Source: Propionibacteriaceae bacterium Y1923
GTDB taxonomy: Bacteria; Actinomycetota; Actinomycetes; Propionibacteriales; Propionibacteriaceae
Direction of reading: 5' to 3'
Assembly: GCA_050157085.1 (NCBI GenBank)
Contig: CP189724.1
Span: 2,751,761 to 2,775,760, forward strand
DNA: 24,000 nucleotides
Positions 21,545-24,000 of the stretch are shown one piece after another. Position numbers and translations under genes: made by a program. The notes beneath the pieces are model-generated. The model searched no databases and was not told where the DNA came from. It worked only from the letters and a program-made list of their open reading frames with translations. The stretch's first letter is position 1, and every line of letters begins with the position of its first letter.

Positions 21545-21601
21545 TGTATCGCGTTCTTGATACAAAGAGGCTAGCGCACGTGTATCACGGACGCAATACA
21601 C
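21545..21601 (-). promoter_or_regulatory. Two inverted repeats sharing a GTGTATC half-site, overlapping a candidate promoter; likely operator of the YtrA-like GntR regulator
   Basis: IR1: TGTATC-n8-GATACA (21545-21564). IR2: GTGTAT-n10-ATACAC (21580-21601). cgtgtatc occurs as an 8-nt direct repeat at 21543 and 21579. On the minus strand, TTGCGT (21596..21591), a 17-nt spacer and TAGCCT (21573..21568) form the candidate promoter. Confidence 0.5.
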
Positions 21602-21654
21602 TCGAGTGAATCCCTGGCGTCGAGTCGGTGGGCTAGCGACCCGGCCGGCATGGT

Positions 21655-22794
21655 TCAGGCAGTCAGCGACTCGCCGTCGGTTCGCTCGCCGTCGGTCCGC
21701 TCGCGCAGGGCCCGGCGCACCCCGAGCGCGGACCGTCGTCCGGCCCGGTTTGCCCCGATCGTGCTGGCCGAGGGTCCGTAGCCGACCAGCTGCACCCGCG
21801 GGTCGACCACGGCGGTGGTCTCGTCGTCGCCGAGCTGGATGCCGCCATACCTCGACCGCAAACCCAGCGGGGCCAGGTGGTCGATCGCGGCCCGGAAGCC
21901 GGTGGCCCACAGGATCACGTCGGCCGGCTCGAAGCTCGGACGACCGGGTTCGGGCTCGTCCCAGCTGACGCCATCGCGTTCGATGCGGCTGAACATGGGC
22001 TGGCGGGCGTCGTAGACCCCGAGCGCGGCCGCCGCCTGTTCCTGTTCGCGCAGGAACAGGCCGGTGTAGCTGACCACCGAGCGGGTGGGCAGGCCTGCGC
22101 GGGCCCGTTCGGAGACCTCGGCCACGACCTGGGCGCCGAACTCGGGGGTGAAGTCGTGGTCGATCCAGACCGGTTCGCGGCGCGTGGCCCAGACCAGGTT
22201 CTCGGCGCCAACCCGTGGTGCCAGCAGGCCCAGGAACTGCACCGCGGAGGCGCCGCCGCCGACCACGACGGTGCGTCGTCCGTCGAAGAACTCGGGCCCG
22301 GGAAAGTCGTGGGTGTGCAGCTGTGCGCCGCCGAAGGCGGCCTGCCCCGGGTAGTGCGGCACGAACGGGCGGGTCCAGGTGCCGGTGGCGTTGACCAGGG
22401 TCCGCGCACGCAGGGTGGTGGTGTGGCCGCCGATCGTGGCCTCCAGCGCGAATCCCTCGTCCGATCGGACGACGCGGCTAACCTTCGCCGGGCGCACGAC
22501 CGGCAGCGCGAGTTCGCGCTCGTACCACCCGAAGTAGGCGGGCACGGCGAGGTTGGCGCGCTGGTGCCCATCGGACGAGGGGCGCTCGGTGCCGGGCAGG
22601 TCGGCGACCCCGTGCACGTCGGCCATGGTCAGCGCATCCCACCGGTGCTGCCAGGCCCCACCGGGAGCGTCGTTGGCGTCGAGCACCAGGTGGTCGATCC
22701 CGAGCCGGGACAGGTGGTGGGAGGCGGACAATCCTGCCTGGCCGGCCCCGATCACCAGGCTGTCGTGCAGGCGGGTGGGGTCAAGGTCAGGCAT
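21655..22794 (-). CDS. FAD/NAD(P)-dependent oxidoreductase, flavin-containing monooxygenase-like (379 aa)
   Basis: LVIGAGQAGLSASHHLSRLGIDHLVLDANDAPGGAWQHRWD shows the GxGxxG FAD site plus a GG motif. A second dinucleotide site is VVVGGGASAVQ. GGAG lies 8 nt upstream of ATG 22794; the track ORF to 23559 runs out-of-frame through the peptidase gene. Confidence 0.8.
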   Translation of the reverse strand: MPDLDPTRLHDSLVIGAGQAGLSASHHLSRLGIDHLVLDANDAPGGAWQHRWDALTMADVHGVADLPGTERPSSDGHQRANLAVPAYFGWYERELALPVVRPAKVSRVVRSDEGFALEATIGGHTTTLRARTLVNATGTWTRPFVPHYPGQAAFGGAQLHTHDFPGPEFFDGRRTVVVGGGASAVQFLGLLAPRVGAENLVWATRREPVWIDHDFTPEFGAQVVAEVSERARAGLPTRSVVSYTGLFLREQEQAAAALGVYDARQPMFSRIERDGVSWDEPEPGRPSFEPADVILWATGFRAAIDHLAPLGLRSRYGGIQLGDDETTAVVDPRVQLVGYGPSASTIGANRAGRRSALGVRRALRERTDGERTDGESLTA

Positions 22795-22832
22795 CACACA
22801 GGCTCCAACACCGGGGCCTCGACGGAAAGTCC

Positions 22833-24000
22833 CTACGAGGCGTCGGCGGTGGCTGCGACCGGCAGGTGGGTGGCCCACCACCGCATGACGTGCTCGAAGC
22901 GCTCCACCCGGTGGCGGGGGCTGCCGCTGCGGGTCAGTTCGTGGTTCTCGCCGGGGAAGACCAGCAGTTGGGCCTGCACGCCCCGCCGCTTCAATGCCGA
23001 GAAGTAGCGCTGCGCCTGTTCGAGCGGGCAGCGGTAGTCCTCTTCGGAGTGCACCACCAGGGTCGGGGTCCGCACCTGGTCGACCACCGCCATCGGGCTC
23101 TGCGCCGCCCGCTGGGCCGGGTCGTCGCCGGTGTAACCCTCGCTGAAGTACCACCCGATATCGCTGGTGCCGATGAACGTCTCGGGGTCGAGGAAGCCCC
23201 GCTCGACGATGGCGGCGGTGAAGCGGTGGTCGTGGGCAATCAACCAGGCCGTCAGGTACCCGCCGTAGGAGCCGCCCATCACCCCGACGCGTTCGGCGTC
23301 GAGGCCCGGGTGGGCCGCGAGGGTGGCGTCGAGGAAGTCCAGCACGTCGGTGGCATCGACGCTGCCCATGGCGTGGCGGATCGCTCGTCCGAACTGCTGG
23401 CCGTAGCCGGCCGAGCCGCGCGGGTTGCACTGCACCACCGCGTACCCGGCGGCGACCGCGACCTGCGCCTCGTCGAAGACGTGCACGCCGTACTGGGCGA
23501 AGGGCCCGCCGTGGATGTTCAGCAGCACCGGGTGCGGGCCGGGCCCCTCGGGCAGCCAAACCCAGCCGTGCACCGGGCTGCCGTCGCGGGCGGTGAACTC
23601 GTGCTCGCTCGGCAGCACCACCCCGGCCTCGGCGAGCGCCGCCCCGAAGCTGGTGATCACCCGGGCCCGGCCGTGCTCGATGACGGCGAGTTCGGCGGCC
23701 GAGGTGGGGGTCGCGACCACGCCGACGACCCGCGAGCCACCGGCCCCGTGCGAGAGCACCTCGACATCTCCGCTGGTCAGCAGGTCATGGCCGGTCGCGG
23801 TGACCCGCGCCAGCTGGACCCGCCCGCGGGTGCGGAACTGGGCGAGGATCCCGCCGCCGGCCCCCTCGCCGGGTTCGGTGAGGTGGCTGCCGACCTCGCC
23901 GAGGTCGATGGTCTCAGCGTCGGTGAGTCGGCGGGGTGCCTCACCCGGGGAGTCGACCAGGTAGAGCCCGGCGTTGCGGGCCAGGAAGTCACGCCCAGTC
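22833..24000 (-). CDS. S9-family serine peptidase (prolyl oligopeptidase / acylaminoacyl-peptidase type), 5'-partial
   Basis: Catalytic domain: VLLNIHGGPFAQYG...NPRGSAGYGQQF...VGVMGGSYGGYLTAW (GxSxGG nucleophile elbow)...TPTLVVHSEEDYRCP...FPGENHEL. By hand the frame is open from 23999 down (TGRDFLARNAGLYLVDSPGEAPRRLTD...), so the gene continues beyond the window. Confidence 0.85.
   Translation of the reverse strand, partial: TGRDFLARNAGLYLVDSPGEAPRRLTDAETIDLGEVGSHLTEPGEGAGGGILAQFRTRGRVQLARVTATGHDLLTSGDVEVLSHGAGGSRVVGVVATPTSAAELAVIEHGRARVITSFGAALAEAGVVLPSEHEFTARDGSPVHGWVWLPEGPGPHPVLLNIHGGPFAQYGVHVFDEAQVAVAAGYAVVQCNPRGSAGYGQQFGRAIRHAMGSVDATDVLDFLDATLAAHPGLDAERVGVMGGSYGGYLTAWLIAHDHRFTAAIVERGFLDPETFIGTSDIGWYFSEGYTGDDPAQRAAQSPMAVVDQVRTPTLVVHSEEDYRCPLEQAQRYFSALKRRGVQAQLLVFPGENHELTRSGSPRHRVERFEHVMRWWATHLPVAATADAS

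Noticed and set aside
21670-21699. 15-bp tandem duplication (ctcgccgtcggttcg / ctcgccgtcggtccg) encoding ERTDG-ERTDG in the C-terminal tail of the flavin oxidoreductase.
   Set aside because: It is a real duplication, but it is a two-copy slippage event in a disordered tail with no evident functional implication.
1-24000. Search for tRNA, rRNA, transposase, integrase or inverted-repeat-bounded mobile elements, toxin-antitoxin pairs, and known defence-system signatures.
   Set aside because: No cloverleaf-like T-arm or anticodon-arm sequences were found in the intergenic regions. No transposase or recombinase motifs appear in any frame that I could recognise. No small two-gene TA-like cassettes are present. 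The gene decay at 16757-17333 shows no flanking IS remnants that I can see.

Overview
High-GC (roughly 70%) actinobacterial-type chromosomal segment, densely coding, with no rRNA, tRNA, CRISPR or obvious mobile element. I trimmed many ORF-track entries to internal starts using Shine-Dalgarno placement and the onset of family-typical sequence; the long opposite-strand ORFs are GC-driven shadow frames. Left to right: (1) a 5'-partial membrane-anchored protein with a PQG-rich N-terminus and ten TTEQE tandem repeats; (2) an RpfB/YabE-architecture cell-wall protein (DUF348 x3, G5, C-terminal RlpA-like DPBB domain) with a structured leader; (3) a csoR-copZ-copA copper-efflux operon with a CsoR-type operator; (4) a 413-bp non-coding gap carrying a cluster of DnaA-box motifs; (5) guanine deaminase and dnaB; (6) a VOC protein; (7) a monocistronic YceI gene with a near-consensus promoter and a strong terminator; (8) an MFS transporter; (9) a translationally coupled operon of an alpha/alpha-toroid prenyltransferase-like protein, a YceI-like protein and a TauE/SafE permease; (10) a large secreted LRR plus FG-GAP/VCBS protein; (11) an aldo/keto reductase; (12) a mosaic of decayed gene fragments (peptide ABC transporter SBP and permease); (13) an NRDE-family protein divergent from coaBC; (14) a quinone oxidoreductase; (15) a membrane protein and YtrA-type GntR pair with palindromic operators; (16) a flavin monooxygenase-like oxidoreductase; (17) a 5'-partial S9 peptidase. 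Most of this is ordinary housekeeping or accessory metabolism. The signals I would look at again are the extra-origin DnaA-box cluster upstream of guaD-dnaB, the toroid/YceI/TauE module, the SD-sequestering leader of the Rpf-like gene, the LRR-FG-GAP fusion with twin palindromes in its leader, and the deletion-scar mosaic. All functional calls rest on my recognition of motifs in the translations; no database search was run.
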